NCBI GenBank assembly: GCA_963703575.1
Contig: CAVPEU010000016.1
Location: forward strand, 3,292-67,291
Length of the DNA: 64,000 nt
Origin: an uncultured Chloroflexia bacterium
GTDB taxonomy: Bacteria; Chloroflexota; Limnocylindria; Limnocylindrales; CSP1-4
Direction of reading: 5' to 3'
The notes below the pieces were generated by a model. It was not told the origin of the DNA, searched no databases, and saw only the letters and a list, made by a program, of their open reading frames with translations. Of this stretch, positions 17,902 through 27,404 are shown piece by piece. Positions within the stretch are counted from its first letter, which is position 1. The number at the start of each line of letters is the position of its first letter. The position numbers and the translations under genes were made by a program.

Positions 17902-19932
17902 ATGACACGTGCGACTGGGAGCCGAACCATGGAGGAGCCACGAGTGGCCGGGGGAGAGCAGGTCCGGATCACGCAGGCGAAGGGTCGCCCGATGCTCAGC
18001 TGGGTGGGCAAGCGGCCGCTGCGCGAGGTCCGCGCCTTCCCCGCCCAGCTGGTGGAGCGGTTCGCACCGGAGGCGCCGGCGGGCGTGGCGGCGGACACCG
18101 ACTGGACCGGCTGGCCGGATCGCGTCGACCGCGGCGGCCTGCTGTTCCACGGCGACAACAAGGAGGTCCTGGCGCACCTGCTGGCGGGCGGGTTCCGGGG
18201 CAAGGTGGACCTGGTCTACATCGACCCCCCGTTCGACTCCGGCGCGGACTACGTGCGCAAGGTGCAGCTGCGCGGCGGCTCCGGCACGGCCCGGATCGAC
18301 GGCGAGACCTACACGCTGGGCGAGCAGATCCAGTACACGGACATCTGGGCGAACGACACGTACCTGCAGTTCATGTACGAGCGCCTGCTGCTGCTCAAGG
18401 AGCTGCTCGCGCCAAATGGGTCCTTCCTTCTGCATGCGGACACGAAGCGGAACTATTTGCTGAGAGCCGTTGCGGACGAGGTATTCGGTGCCGAGGCGTT
18501 TGTGAACGAGATTGTCTGGCGACGGGCCGATGCGCACAACGATCCCGGGCAGTTCGGCGCGATCCACGACACCATCCTCTACTACGGCCCGACCGAGCGA
18601 GTCTGGAACGAACCCCAGACGACTCTGGTGTCGGCGAAGCTTGAGACCGACGCTCACTACGTATGGGATGCCGACAAGGGCAAGTACTTCCGACTGGGCG
18701 ACCTGCGCGGTCCAGGCGATCGGGGTCCGCGTTACACCTACAAGGGCGTCGACCGCTACTGGAAGTGGTCGCGGGAGAAGCTGGAGGAGGCCGATCGCGA
18801 AGGTCGGCTTTACTTCACCAAGAACGGAATACCGTTCTACCGCCTGTACATCGAAAACGAGTCGATGCCCGTGCAGGACCTGTGGATGGACATTCCGCAA
18901 GTCAAGTCAGGCGATGAAAAGGCGGACTACCCGACACAGAAGCCCGAGGCCCTCCTCGAGCGCATCATCCGGGCTTCCTCCAATGCCGGCGACATCGTCC
19001 TCGATTGCTTCATCGGCAGCGGCACCACGGCGGCCGTCGCGCAGAAGCTGGGGCGGCGGTGGATCGGCGCGGACATCAACAAGGGCGCCATCCAGACCAC
19101 CGAGAAGCGCCTCGCCGCGATCATCCGGGAGCAGATCGCGGCCGGCGCGGGCGAGCAGCTGACGCTGGCCGACGGCGAGGCCGCGGCTCCCCCGAAGCCG
19201 GCCCAGCTCGCCTTCTCCGTCCATCGCGTCAACGACTACGACCTGCAGATCCAGCACAACGAGGCCGTCGAGGCCGCGGTCCAGCACCTCGGCGTCGCCC
19301 GCACCCGCGCGGACACGTTCTTCCAGGGAACGCTGGGACGGGAGCTCGTCTACATCGTCCCCTTCGATCACCCGGCCACGCCGCTGGACCTCCAGGCCGT
19401 CGAAGCCGAGCTGCGCGCGCGGCCGGGCGAGGACCGCGACGTGGTGGTGGTCGCGCTCGGACGCGAGCTTTCGACGCAGGGCTGGCTGGACACGTGGAAC
19501 CGACATCAGCCGGTGAACAGGCTCCGCCTCGTGGACCTGCGCACGGACCCCAGGCACGGGCGCTTCTTCGAGCATCGCCCTGCGGAAGCCCGGGTCAGCT
19601 TCGAGCGCGCGGGCGATCGCGTGAGCGTGACGATCGACGACGTCCTCTCACCCTCGATCCTCGAGCGCCTCGCCGGTCAGGAAGGCATCCTCCAGCCGCG
19701 AGTGGACGGCTGGCGCGCGATGGTCGACACGGTCGCCATCGATCCCTCGTACGACGGTTCCGTGTTCGAGGTCGGCATGCTCGACGTCCCGGCCCGCAAG
19801 CGGGACCTGGTGGAGGGCACGTACGAGGTGGCGGTGGATGCCGCCTCGTCCGAGCCGGTCGCGGTCCGGATCACGGACATGCTGGGCGAGGAGATCCTCG
19901 TCGTCGAGCCGCGGGTACCAACCGGCAGTTGA
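17902..19932 (+). CDS. mod: Type III restriction-modification Mod subunit (beta-class adenine DNA methyltransferase)
   Basis: LVYIDPPF (motif IV) precedes YPTQKPE..DCFIGSGTT (motif I); central lower-GC target-recognition region; start 17902 or 17929. Confidence 0.9.
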   Translation: MTRATGSRTMEEPRVAGGEQVRITQAKGRPMLSWVGKRPLREVRAFPAQLVERFAPEAPAGVAADTDWTGWPDRVDRGGLLFHGDNKEVLAHLLAGGFRGKVDLVYIDPPFDSGADYVRKVQLRGGSGTARIDGETYTLGEQIQYTDIWANDTYLQFMYERLLLLKELLAPNGSFLLHADTKRNYLLRAVADEVFGAEAFVNEIVWRRADAHNDPGQFGAIHDTILYYGPTERVWNEPQTTLVSAKLETDAHYVWDADKGKYFRLGDLRGPGDRGPRYTYKGVDRYWKWSREKLEEADREGRLYFTKNGIPFYRLYIENESMPVQDLWMDIPQVKSGDEKADYPTQKPEALLERIIRASSNAGDIVLDCFIGSGTTAAVAQKLGRRWIGADINKGAIQTTEKRLAAIIREQIAAGAGEQLTLADGEAAAPPKPAQLAFSVHRVNDYDLQIQHNEAVEAAVQHLGVARTRADTFFQGTLGRELVYIVPFDHPATPLDLQAVEAELRARPGEDRDVVVVALGRELSTQGWLDTWNRHQPVNRLRLVDLRTDPRHGRFFEHRPAEARVSFERAGDRVSVTIDDVLSPSILERLAGQEGILQPRVDGWRAMVDTVAIDPSYDGSVFEVGMLDVPARKRDLVEGTYEVAVDAASSEPVAVRITDMLGEEILVVEPRVPTGS

Positions 19933-19935
19933 CCT

Positions 19936-20244
19936 CTACTCCACGAGGATCCCGAGGGCGAGGACGGCATCGTCCGCCGCCGGGATCCCGCGCCACGCGG
20001 GATGCGAAGTGCTGAGCAACGCTGGGTGGAGCCCCAGGTAGCCACGCTCCCTGCGGGTGAACTCCGCTCGCATCGCCCGCGGCTCTGCCACCAGGGCGAG
20101 CAGCCTCGCCAGGTCCCCTCGTGCTTGGCTCGCGTCCTGCGGGCGTTCGCTGCGGCGCGCGCCTTGATGATCAGCGCGCCGGCCAGTGACGGGACGGGCA
20201 GGTCGAACGAACCCTCACCGGCGTCGATGCTGATCACGCGGGCT
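19936..20244 (-). pseudogene. C-terminal half of an interrupted nucleotidyltransferase-like (AbiEii/type IV toxin-like) gene
   Basis: ARVISIDAGEGSFDLPVPSLAGALIIKARA..KHE/DLARLLALV..LGILVE* (one frameshift ~20116); continues the fragment ending at 22010. Confidence 0.7.
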
Positions 20245-20346
20245 TGAGTGCGGCAGCAAGGTGAGTTTCAGGATGGTAAGTCGGGCACGGTCTGCGCCCG
20301 TATTGCTCTGGACTGGTAATGGCCGAACGATCCCGTGTTCACGTTC

Positions 20347-20391
20347 TAAGACAACTTGACATGGACTACATGCGCACATAGAGTTGTCTTA
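20347..20391 (+). promoter_or_regulatory. Sigma70-type leaderless promoter bracketed by a perfect 10-bp inverted repeat
   Basis: TTGACA (20356-20361)-N17-TAGAGT (20379-20384), ATG at 20391; TAAGACAACT (20347-20356) / AGTTGTCTTA (20382-20391). Confidence 0.75.
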
Positions 20392-20967
20392 TGCGCAAGC
20401 TCGCCGGAGACATCATCAACGAAGCGCTCGAGGCGCGGGGGGCGACTCTCTCGTTCCGCGGCGTCGAGGCGAGCCTGGTCATCATCGGGGGCGGCAACCT
20501 CGTCTACGCCGGGCTCGTCAGCCGGACCGTGACCAAGGACCTCGACGTCGTAGGGCAGATGGACGACGGAGAGGTCGTGGCAATCGCCCCGATGCCCGAG
20601 CCCCTCGCACAGGCAATCCTGGACGTGGCCCGGCAGTACGACCTCGCCCCGTACCTGGATCAACACCGGGCCGATGTCCCTACTTGAGAAGGGCCTTCCC
20701 GACGGCTTCGTCGGCCGCCTCGAGCGAGAGGGCTACAGCGGGGCCCTGAGCGTCTGGTTCGCCGGGCGTCAGGACATCATCGCAACCAAGATTTATGCCG
20801 CCGCCAATCCCAACCGCAACGACCCCAACCCGGGTCGCCACCTTCAGGACCTCGTCAATCTCGAGCCGACCAGCGACGAGCCCGCGTTCGGGCGCCACTG
20901 GATGACGAACTGGGCCGATGACGATCTCCTCGCCGCGGCCGACGATGTCATCGCCGAGCTGTCATGA
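20391..20967 (+). CDS. Nucleotidyltransferase-fold protein (DUF6036-like), frameshifted near 20680
   Basis: LVIIGGGNL..RTVTKDLDVV (GG + DxD); second frame GLPDGFVGRL..DIIATKIYAA..RHLQDL..LEPT. Confidence 0.65.
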
Positions 20968-21852
20968 CGGCGGATCAGGTGCTGTCCGCGCTCGCGCGGG
21001 TCGCGTGGCGGCAGTGGACGGGCATCGGGGTCACGGGTCGCATCTCGCCGGCCACGGCACCAGTGGATCCAGAGGCCCTGATCGTCCTGACGGCGCGCCT
21101 CGGGGACCATGACGCCCGACTCCGCGATGCCGCCATCGACTGGTGCGTGGCGGCCGGCCACCTCGTCAATGGATCAAAGGTGACTCGCATCGCGTCCGAG
21201 GCCGGGCTTCACGGCGACCCCGACTTCGGGCGGTTCCTCGCCACCGTCGGAAACGCCGGCGGCCCGGCGTGGGGGGCGCGCGATGTCGCCCCTGCGCCGC
21301 ATTCGGCACGCGGAAAGGTCAGCCTGTCGTCGCTCGCGGGCGACGCGCGCCTCCTCCTCCGTCTGCGCGCTTCCGTGGGAGTCAATGCTCGGGCCGATAT
21401 CGTCGCCAGGCTGCTCGCCGACGACGAGGCGGTCGCCATCACCAACCTCGTGGCCGCGACCCACTTCACCCGGACGAACATCGACAAGACCCTGGCCGTG
21501 CTCGAGCTCGCTGGTCATGTTGAGGTCATTGTCGAGGGAGCGCGACCGGAAGGTCCGCCTGACCGACAGCTCTCCGTTCCGGGTCTGGGGCAGACTGGCT
21601 GCTCCCGTGTATGACTGGCCGAACCTGTTCGACATGGCGATGCGCTCGGTAGAGATCGTGCAGATTGCCGACCAGCAGCCTGATGCCGTCTTCGGGATCG
21701 AGGCCAAGGCGTTCATCGAGCGGTGGCACAAGACACTGGCGGACGCCCGCATTCCCTCGCCGCCGATTTCCATGAGTGGCCCTGCCTTCGTCGCAACGGC
21801 GCGGACGTGGACGTCGGCGCTGCCCGGAGAGATGGACCGACTCTCCCACTGA
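20964..21852 (+). CDS. Hypothetical protein with internal winged helix (putative antitoxin/regulator), frameshifted near 21545
   Basis: ATGA overlap with the NTase gene; ARADIVARLL..ITNLVAATHFTRTNIDKTLAVLELAGHV resembles a wHTH; continues in the frame ending at 21852. Confidence 0.6.
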
Positions 21853-22009
21853 GGCATTCGCAGCGGCCATCTGTTCCAGCGACCGTCGGAACGCAGAGCG
21901 GGACCTCATGCCTCCCTATGGTCCGGGTCGAAAGACCCCGCGAACCTTCGGACGGTCGGCCTGACCGCCGGACTTACCATCCTTCTGGCTCACCTTGCTG
22001 CCGCACTCA

Positions 22010-22450
22010 CCCGAGCGCGGCGGATCGCCTGCGTCCCGCCGATCGTTTCGAGCGTCTCGTCCGGTGGCACCGTGGTGAGGTTGCGCCGCCGGCCAAGGTT
22101 GTCCGGGGCGAGCACGTCAACGATGTCGCCGTCCCGGCTGAATCGAAGGGAAGCCCGTCATCCTCGGGCTTGGGCGCGAAGCCCGCGGCGAGCAGGCGGG
22201 CGGCCGCCTCTTCGGTCGCCGTGGACAGCGCTCGGACGTCGACCAGCGTGTCCGCATTGGCTGTGTCTCGGCCTACCGACACACCGTGTTCGATCTCGAT
22301 GATCGCGACCATCTGGCCCCCGATCAGCACCCAGGGCAGTCCGCGCAGGATGTCGCTGACCTGGCGCGTCAGGCGCCAGAGCTTGGCCTCTGCGTCCGAG
22401 GCCGGGGTGACCCGGATCGTTTGTGCGCGATTCGCCCTCCACGCGCTCAA
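22010..22450 (-). pseudogene. N-terminal half of the interrupted nucleotidyltransferase-like gene
   Basis: PWVLIGGQMV..RDTANADTLVD; after a frameshift ~22145, RDGDIVDVLAPDNLG..LTTVPP..IGGTQAIRRAR, ending at the TIR. Confidence 0.72.
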
Positions 22451-22454
22451 GCAA

Positions 22455-22622
22455 CTAACGCCCGATCTCCTGGCTCCGCGGGTCGGTGTCCTCCAGCAGG
22501 TCGAGTGCCACGGCCGGCAGGGGCGCGTAGCGGCGGCCGGCGGGCCAGGCCGGTGTCGAGGCGACTCGCAGGATGACGTTCGGTTGTCGACTGGGCTTGA
22601 GATGGTGGCGATCGACCAGACG
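22455..22622 (-). pseudogene. C-terminal part of an interrupted HTH/AbiEi-like antitoxin gene
   Basis: Manual translation RLVDRHHLKPSRQPNVILRV..YAPLPAVALDLLEDTDPRSQEIGR*; joins in frame with 30973-31420. Confidence 0.68.
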
Positions 22623-22723
22623 CTGTGGCCACAGTTATACGCTGCACGAGCGCTGTAGGTCGCCGTCCGGCGTTAGAATGGCCTTCGCGCTCACGCCGAT
22701 GGTCTTCCTGAGCGCGAAGCTGA

Positions 22724-22799
22724 GCGGGAGTAACTCAGCTGGCAGAGTGTCTGCTTCCCAAGCAGAATGTCGCGGGTTCGAATCCCGTCTCCCGCTCCA
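22724..22799 (+). tRNA. tRNA-Gly (CCC)
   Basis: GCGGGAG/CTCCCGC acceptor stem, TCTGC-TTCCCAA-GCAGA anticodon arm, GGTTCGAATCC T-loop, encoded CCA; 76 nt. Confidence 0.97.
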
Positions 22800-22956
22800 A
22801 ACCGCCAATCTGAACTAGAGAGACCGCGACTGGCGGTCTGCTGCTCCCCTTTTGGCCCAACCCTTTCTGCCTCGACCTGCAACCCGAAGACGCCCGTGGA
22901 CGTCGCTGTATCTATCACCGACTCGACAAACGAAAGAGCCGAGCAGAGGATCACCG

Positions 22957-23208
22957 ATGAACCAGACGGAGCGCCAAGGCCGCCGCTGGACCCTGGCCAA
23001 GATCGCTGTCGCATTGCTCGCGGGGCTTGTCGTCCTCGTCCTCCTCTTCCCGGGAAGCGGAACCTCCACCCTGCCTCCGGAGTGCTACTCGGCGTTTGGC
23101 TATACCGTGCCGTGCGGCGGCGGCTTGGCCAACGCCGCCGGAGCGGCGATGGCTGGACTCGTTGGCTTGTTGCTCTGGATCATTGGCCGCCGCAGTTACC
23201 AGGGGTGA
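22957..23208 (+). CDS. Small two-TM membrane protein
   Basis: RBS GAGGA; two hydrophobic helices flanking a loop with two Cys (ECYSAFGYTVPCG). Confidence 0.6.
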   Translation: MNQTERQGRRWTLAKIAVALLAGLVVLVLLFPGSGTSTLPPECYSAFGYTVPCGGGLANAAGAAMAGLVGLLLWIIGRRSYQG

Positions 23209-23293
23209 TCTGAAAGCTCGCTGACCGTCATCGCCGCGCACGACCAGGAGACCGGACCGAGCAGCCACAACGCAAAGGACCACCATCAGCGCC

Positions 23294-23900
23294 ATGGCCG
23301 AGAGCGTGCGGCGTGCCCTCATGGCCGACAGCAAGACCACACGGACGGTCCGAACCTACCTGGAGTCGGTAGACCGCTTTGGGGAACTCCTCGTCGCCGA
23401 AGAGCCTTGCAGCCGCAGTTGCGGCCATTCGGCGCGAGGAGGTCGAGGCGTTCATGACCGACCTCCTGTCGCGGTTCAAGCCGGCCACGGCCTCGGTCCG
23501 CTTCCATGCGCTCCAGACGTTCTTCGAATAGCTGAAGGCAGAGGGCGAACTCGACGCGAACCCGATGGCGCGGATGCGACCGCCGCATGTGCCGACGTCT
23601 CCTGATGTCGTCACCGACGAGATCCGTCGCCTGATCGCCGCCTGCAAGGGTCGCGATTTCGACGACAGGCGCGACGCGGCAATCATCCGGCTGTTCCTCG
23701 ACACGGGGATGCGGCTATCGGAGCTTGCGGGTCTCCAGGTCGCCGATGTGGTTCGGCGGCGTGGCGCCTAGGCTGGCGTCGCGCGCCTCCATCCGCACCG
23801 GTTCCGGCACACCTATCCCCACATTGGCTGGTCGCCGGTGGCAACGCGCGCGACCTCATGCGAGGGCCGGCTGGCGGATCTCCTCCACCGGCGGCCATTG
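23294..23900 (+). pseudogene. Degraded tyrosine recombinase/integrase
   Basis: TVRTYLES, KPATASVRF, NPMARMRPP, RRDAAIIRLFLDTGMRLSEL, LHPHRFRH; internal stop, frameshifts and a deletion; adjacent to the tRNA. Confidence 0.88.
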
Positions 23901-23902
23901 TG

Positions 23903-23965
23903 TTGACAAGCCCGACGCCGATGCCTATCTTGCCACTGGTAAGGCCGGTAAGGCCGGAAAGACCA
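23903..23965 (+). promoter_or_regulatory. Sigma70 promoter with FadR/GntR-type tandem operator
   Basis: TTGACA (23903-23908)-N17-TATCTT (23926-23931), followed by TGGTAAGGCC-GGTAAGGCC-GGAAAGACCA. Confidence 0.72.
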
Positions 23966-23979
23966 CGGAGGAATGTGGG

Positions 23980-25350
23980 ATGTCAAGACGGAGGATGGGC
24001 CTGGCCGCGGTCACCATGGTGCTCGCGGTCGTCGCATCGGCGTGCGGGGGTGGCGCGTCGCCATCGGCCTCACCGGCCTCGCCGGCCTCAACCGCAGGGT
24101 CGAGCAGCGCTGCCTTCAACTGGAAGCAGTTCGAGGGGCAGACCATTCGGGTGATCCTCAACCAGCATCCTTGGCAGGAAGCCATTGAGCCCATGATCTC
24201 CGAGTTTGAAGGGCTGACCGGGATCAAGGTGGAGGTCGAGAAGCTCCCGGAGGAGCAGTTCCGCCAGCGCGTCCAAGTGGAGTTGACCGCGTCGTCGCCG
24301 GATCTCGACGTGTACATGACGAGCCTACTCAACGAGGGCGCCAAGTTCGCGCGCAACGGGTGGTACTCCGACCTGAAGCCGCTGATCGCAGACCCCTCGC
24401 TCACCAGCCCTGACTACGCGTTCGATGACTTCGGCGAGGTCCTGATCGACAGCCACACGTATGACGGCAGCCTGGTTGCCATCCCGATCCAACTCGAGAC
24501 CCAGATGCTCTACTACCGAAAGGACATCCTGGCGGCCGCGGGGGCCCAGGTGCCGACGACGATGGACGAGCTGGAGCAGGTCGCCAAGGCGATCGACGAT
24601 CCGAACGGGACCCGAGCCTTCGTCGCGCGCGGCAAGGGCCGCGCGGCCGTGACGCAGTTCTCTACGTATCTCTACAACTTCGGCGGTCAGTGGACCAAGG
24701 AGGGGTCGTACGACGCCGGCTTCAACACGCCCGAGGGCTTGGCGGCATTCGACTTCTACACCCGCATGCTGCGCCTGTACGGCCCCCGCGGCACAACGAA
24801 CATGAGCTGGGAAGAGGCGCTTCCCTTGTTCGCCAGTGGGCAGGTGGCGATGTATACGGACGCGAGCACGTTCCTCCCTACCATCCTCAAGGATGGCAAT
24901 GCCGACGTCGTGAACAATCTCGGGTTTGCCCCGATGCCTGCAGGGCCCGGCGGCTCGTTCCAGTCGTTCTTCGGGTGGGGACTCGCGATGTCTGCATTCA
25001 CTGAGAAGCCGGGTCCCAGCTGGTTGTTCCTGCAGTGGGCGACCTCACCGGAAATCGTTGAGCGGATCACGGTGAACGACAAGGTCGTCGGGGGCCGTTC
25101 ATCGGTCGACTTCGGCGACTCCTTCCCTGCCGACTGGGCTGCAGCCTTCAAGTCGTCCATCCCGAACGCCCGGCCTCAACTCCCAGCAGTGATTCCGGTG
25201 TCCGAAGTCCGTGATGTCATCGGCGTCGCCCTGATCGCCGGGATCGAGGGCGGCGACCTTCAGGCAGCCCTGGCCACTGCAGAAGACCCAGTTCAACGCC
25301 ACGGTGGCCGGCGGCTGGCAACTGACGCGTTTTCGTCGCCTCGCCAGTGA
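23980..25350 (+). CDS. Carbohydrate ABC transporter substrate-binding lipoprotein
   Basis: Lipobox VASAC; EGLTGIKVEVE, LYYRKDIL, FASGQVAM, GWGLAM; C-terminus probably frameshifted ~25285. Confidence 0.88.
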   Translation: MSRRRMGLAAVTMVLAVVASACGGGASPSASPASPASTAGSSSAAFNWKQFEGQTIRVILNQHPWQEAIEPMISEFEGLTGIKVEVEKLPEEQFRQRVQVELTASSPDLDVYMTSLLNEGAKFARNGWYSDLKPLIADPSLTSPDYAFDDFGEVLIDSHTYDGSLVAIPIQLETQMLYYRKDILAAAGAQVPTTMDELEQVAKAIDDPNGTRAFVARGKGRAAVTQFSTYLYNFGGQWTKEGSYDAGFNTPEGLAAFDFYTRMLRLYGPRGTTNMSWEEALPLFASGQVAMYTDASTFLPTILKDGNADVVNNLGFAPMPAGPGGSFQSFFGWGLAMSAFTEKPGPSWLFLQWATSPEIVERITVNDKVVGGRSSVDFGDSFPADWAAAFKSSIPNARPQLPAVIPVSEVRDVIGVALIAGIEGGDLQAALATAEDPVQRHGGRRLATDAFSSPRQ

Positions 25351-25647
25351 CGTGAGCGTGGCCCGTCGGACCTCTCCCGCGAACCTGCATGGGAGAGGTC
25401 GGACGGGCCGGGCAAGCAGCGAGTTCAACGGAATGGTCGTGCGCATCACACGGCGTCCTGGGCAGACGACAGCCGTCGCTCGACCTATGCTCCCGGGCGG
25501 GCGTTCAGCCCGGACGAGTCGGCACGTGCGGCCGGTGAAATCGCGACCACAGGAGCTTCGGGCACGATCCACCGGCGAGTTCAACTGGTCGGCGATGGTC
25601 GCGCTTATCGGGGGCTTGCGACCCGCCGACCGATGGGGAGGCACAGG

Positions 25648-26560
25648 ATGAGCGAAGGCCACATCAGACTGCCAGGGTCCTCGATCGGGGGGGCGATGCC
25701 GCAGCCGACACGATCGGGCCCAGCCGCCGCAGCGCGGCTGCGGCTGATGCATGATCACGCCAGCTGTCGTCTTCGTTGTCGTGATGATGGCGGCACCGAT
25801 CCTGTTCAACATCTGGCTCTCCTTCAACCGATGGACGGGCGGTGTCCGGCGAGAGTCCTGACTGGATCGGTCTCGACAACTACGTTCGCATGGCGGCGGA
25901 TCCCCGGTTCGTCGATGCCCTGGGTCGGACGATCGGCTTTAGAGTGGCGACGTTGCCATCGAGACAGTACTCGGCGTGGCGATCGCGGTGATGCTCGATC
26001 GCTGTTCGTGCGAAGGGGCTCGTGCAAATGGTCCTGCTCCTCCCGATGGTGGCAATGCCGTTGTGATCGCACTGGTCTGCGTTCATGTACGAGCCAACGG
26101 GCGTTCTGAGCGACCTGCTCTGGCTGTGCTCGGCGTGACCTGGAATCGACTTCTGGCGGACGAAGTCGGCGCCGGTGGTCGACCGTGGTCGACGTCTGGA
26201 ACGGATACGTCATGACCTCGATCGTTGCTGCCTTGCTGCTCAGCCGACGGAGATGTTGGGAGCTTGTCGACGGGGCGAGGCGCCGGGCACCTCCGGAGGA
26301 TAAACGCTGCCAGCGATCCGTGTGATTGTCATGGTGGCTGTGTTGGATGATCGACTGGATAAGATGTTCGACGGCACCTGGGTCATGACCCAGGCCGGCC
26401 GGGGCTTCGTCTTCGAGACGTCGAACATCTACATCGACAAGCAGCTCTTCGAGGCGAGAATCCCGGCTACGTGGTCGCGATGCTGGAATCTCTTCTTCAT
26501 GATCGTCGTGGGCGCAGCGCTCCTGCTCCTCCACTTCGAGGTAGGCCATCGTGAGCAGGG
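25648..26560 (+). pseudogene. Carbohydrate ABC permease 1, heavily frameshifted
   Basis: Fragments MITPAVVFVVVMMAAPILFNIWLSF, WIGLDNYV..DPRF, LLPMVAMP, KMFD..VMTQAG..ETSNIYI in changing frames; boundaries approximate. Confidence 0.7.
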
Positions 26561-27354
26561 TCAGCGCCCGGCCGGTCGAAGTCGCGCAGCTCCACGTCCT
26601 CGTGATCACCACCGTGCTTCCCGTGATCGTGCTCTACTCATGATCAGCACGTCGAAGTCGGTCGTGGTACCACCAGCCCGACGATGAGGTCCTGGTCCGC
26701 GCCAACCCTCGAAACCACCGAGAGGTCCTGGTCGAGAATGCCACTTCCTGCTGTACTTCCGCAACTCGATGGTCGTCGCGGCGAACTGCTCGGCCTCGTG
26801 ATCGGGTTCCGGGCGGCGTACGCCATCGCCAGGGAGTGAGGTGGCTGAGCACGATCATCCTGGCCGTTGGCGTGGCGCCGGGATTCCGCCGCATCCCGTG
26901 GTTCGTGATCTTCAGCCGACTCGGCTGGACGGACACGTACCAGGCGCTGATCCTGGCCCATCTCCTGCAGAACTTGCCGATGATGGTGTTCCTGCTCATC
27001 GGCTTCATCGAGGATGTCCCCGATGAGATCATCGAGGCGGCGCGTGTTGATGGGGCCTCGATGCCGACGATGCTCGCCAGGGTCGTCATCCCCGTTGCCA
27101 AGGGCGGGATCGCCGCCACGGCGATCCTTGGGTTCCTGTTCAGTTGGAACCACTTCATGTTCTCGATCGTGCTGTCGGGCAACGACACGCGGACGCTCCC
27201 GGTCGCGGTCTTCAACTTCATGAGCTATGGCTCGGTCAACTGGGGCGCCATCACGGCAGCGGCCGTCGTCATGGCGGTCCCGGCGATCGTGATGACGCTG
27301 TTCGTCCAGCGCCACATCGTCCAAGGGCTCGCGGCGGGCGCGGTCAAGGGATGA
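26551..27354 (+). pseudogene. Carbohydrate ABC permease 2 (5' part frameshifted)
   Basis: Intact C-terminal frame with EAA motif DEIIEAARVDGAS, FLFSWN and TRTLPV; start approximate. Confidence 0.78.
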
Positions 27355-27404
27355 TGCGGCAATGTCGACACCCAACGATCCGGGCACGAACGGGAGGCAC
27401 GCAC

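Larger units (their letters stand above)
20245..22009. mobile_element. Non-autonomous TIR-bounded cargo element (1765 bp, TG...CA ends, no transposase)
   Basis: Left end TGAGTGCGGCAGCAAGGTGAG-tttca-GGATGGTAAGTC (20245-20282); right end, reverse-complemented, TGAGTGCGGCAGCAAGGTGAG-ccagaa-GGATGGTAAGTC (22009-21971); interrupts a reading frame. Confidence 0.88.

Noticed and set aside
22624-22650. Tn402/Tn5053- or Tn7-like end (TGT...ACGCTGCAC)
   Set aside because: Resemblance is partial; no partner end near 30970 and no tni/tns genes.
25350-25650. Structured RNA between the SBP and permease genes
   Set aside because: No convincing stems or family motif, and the region lies in the error-prone segment.
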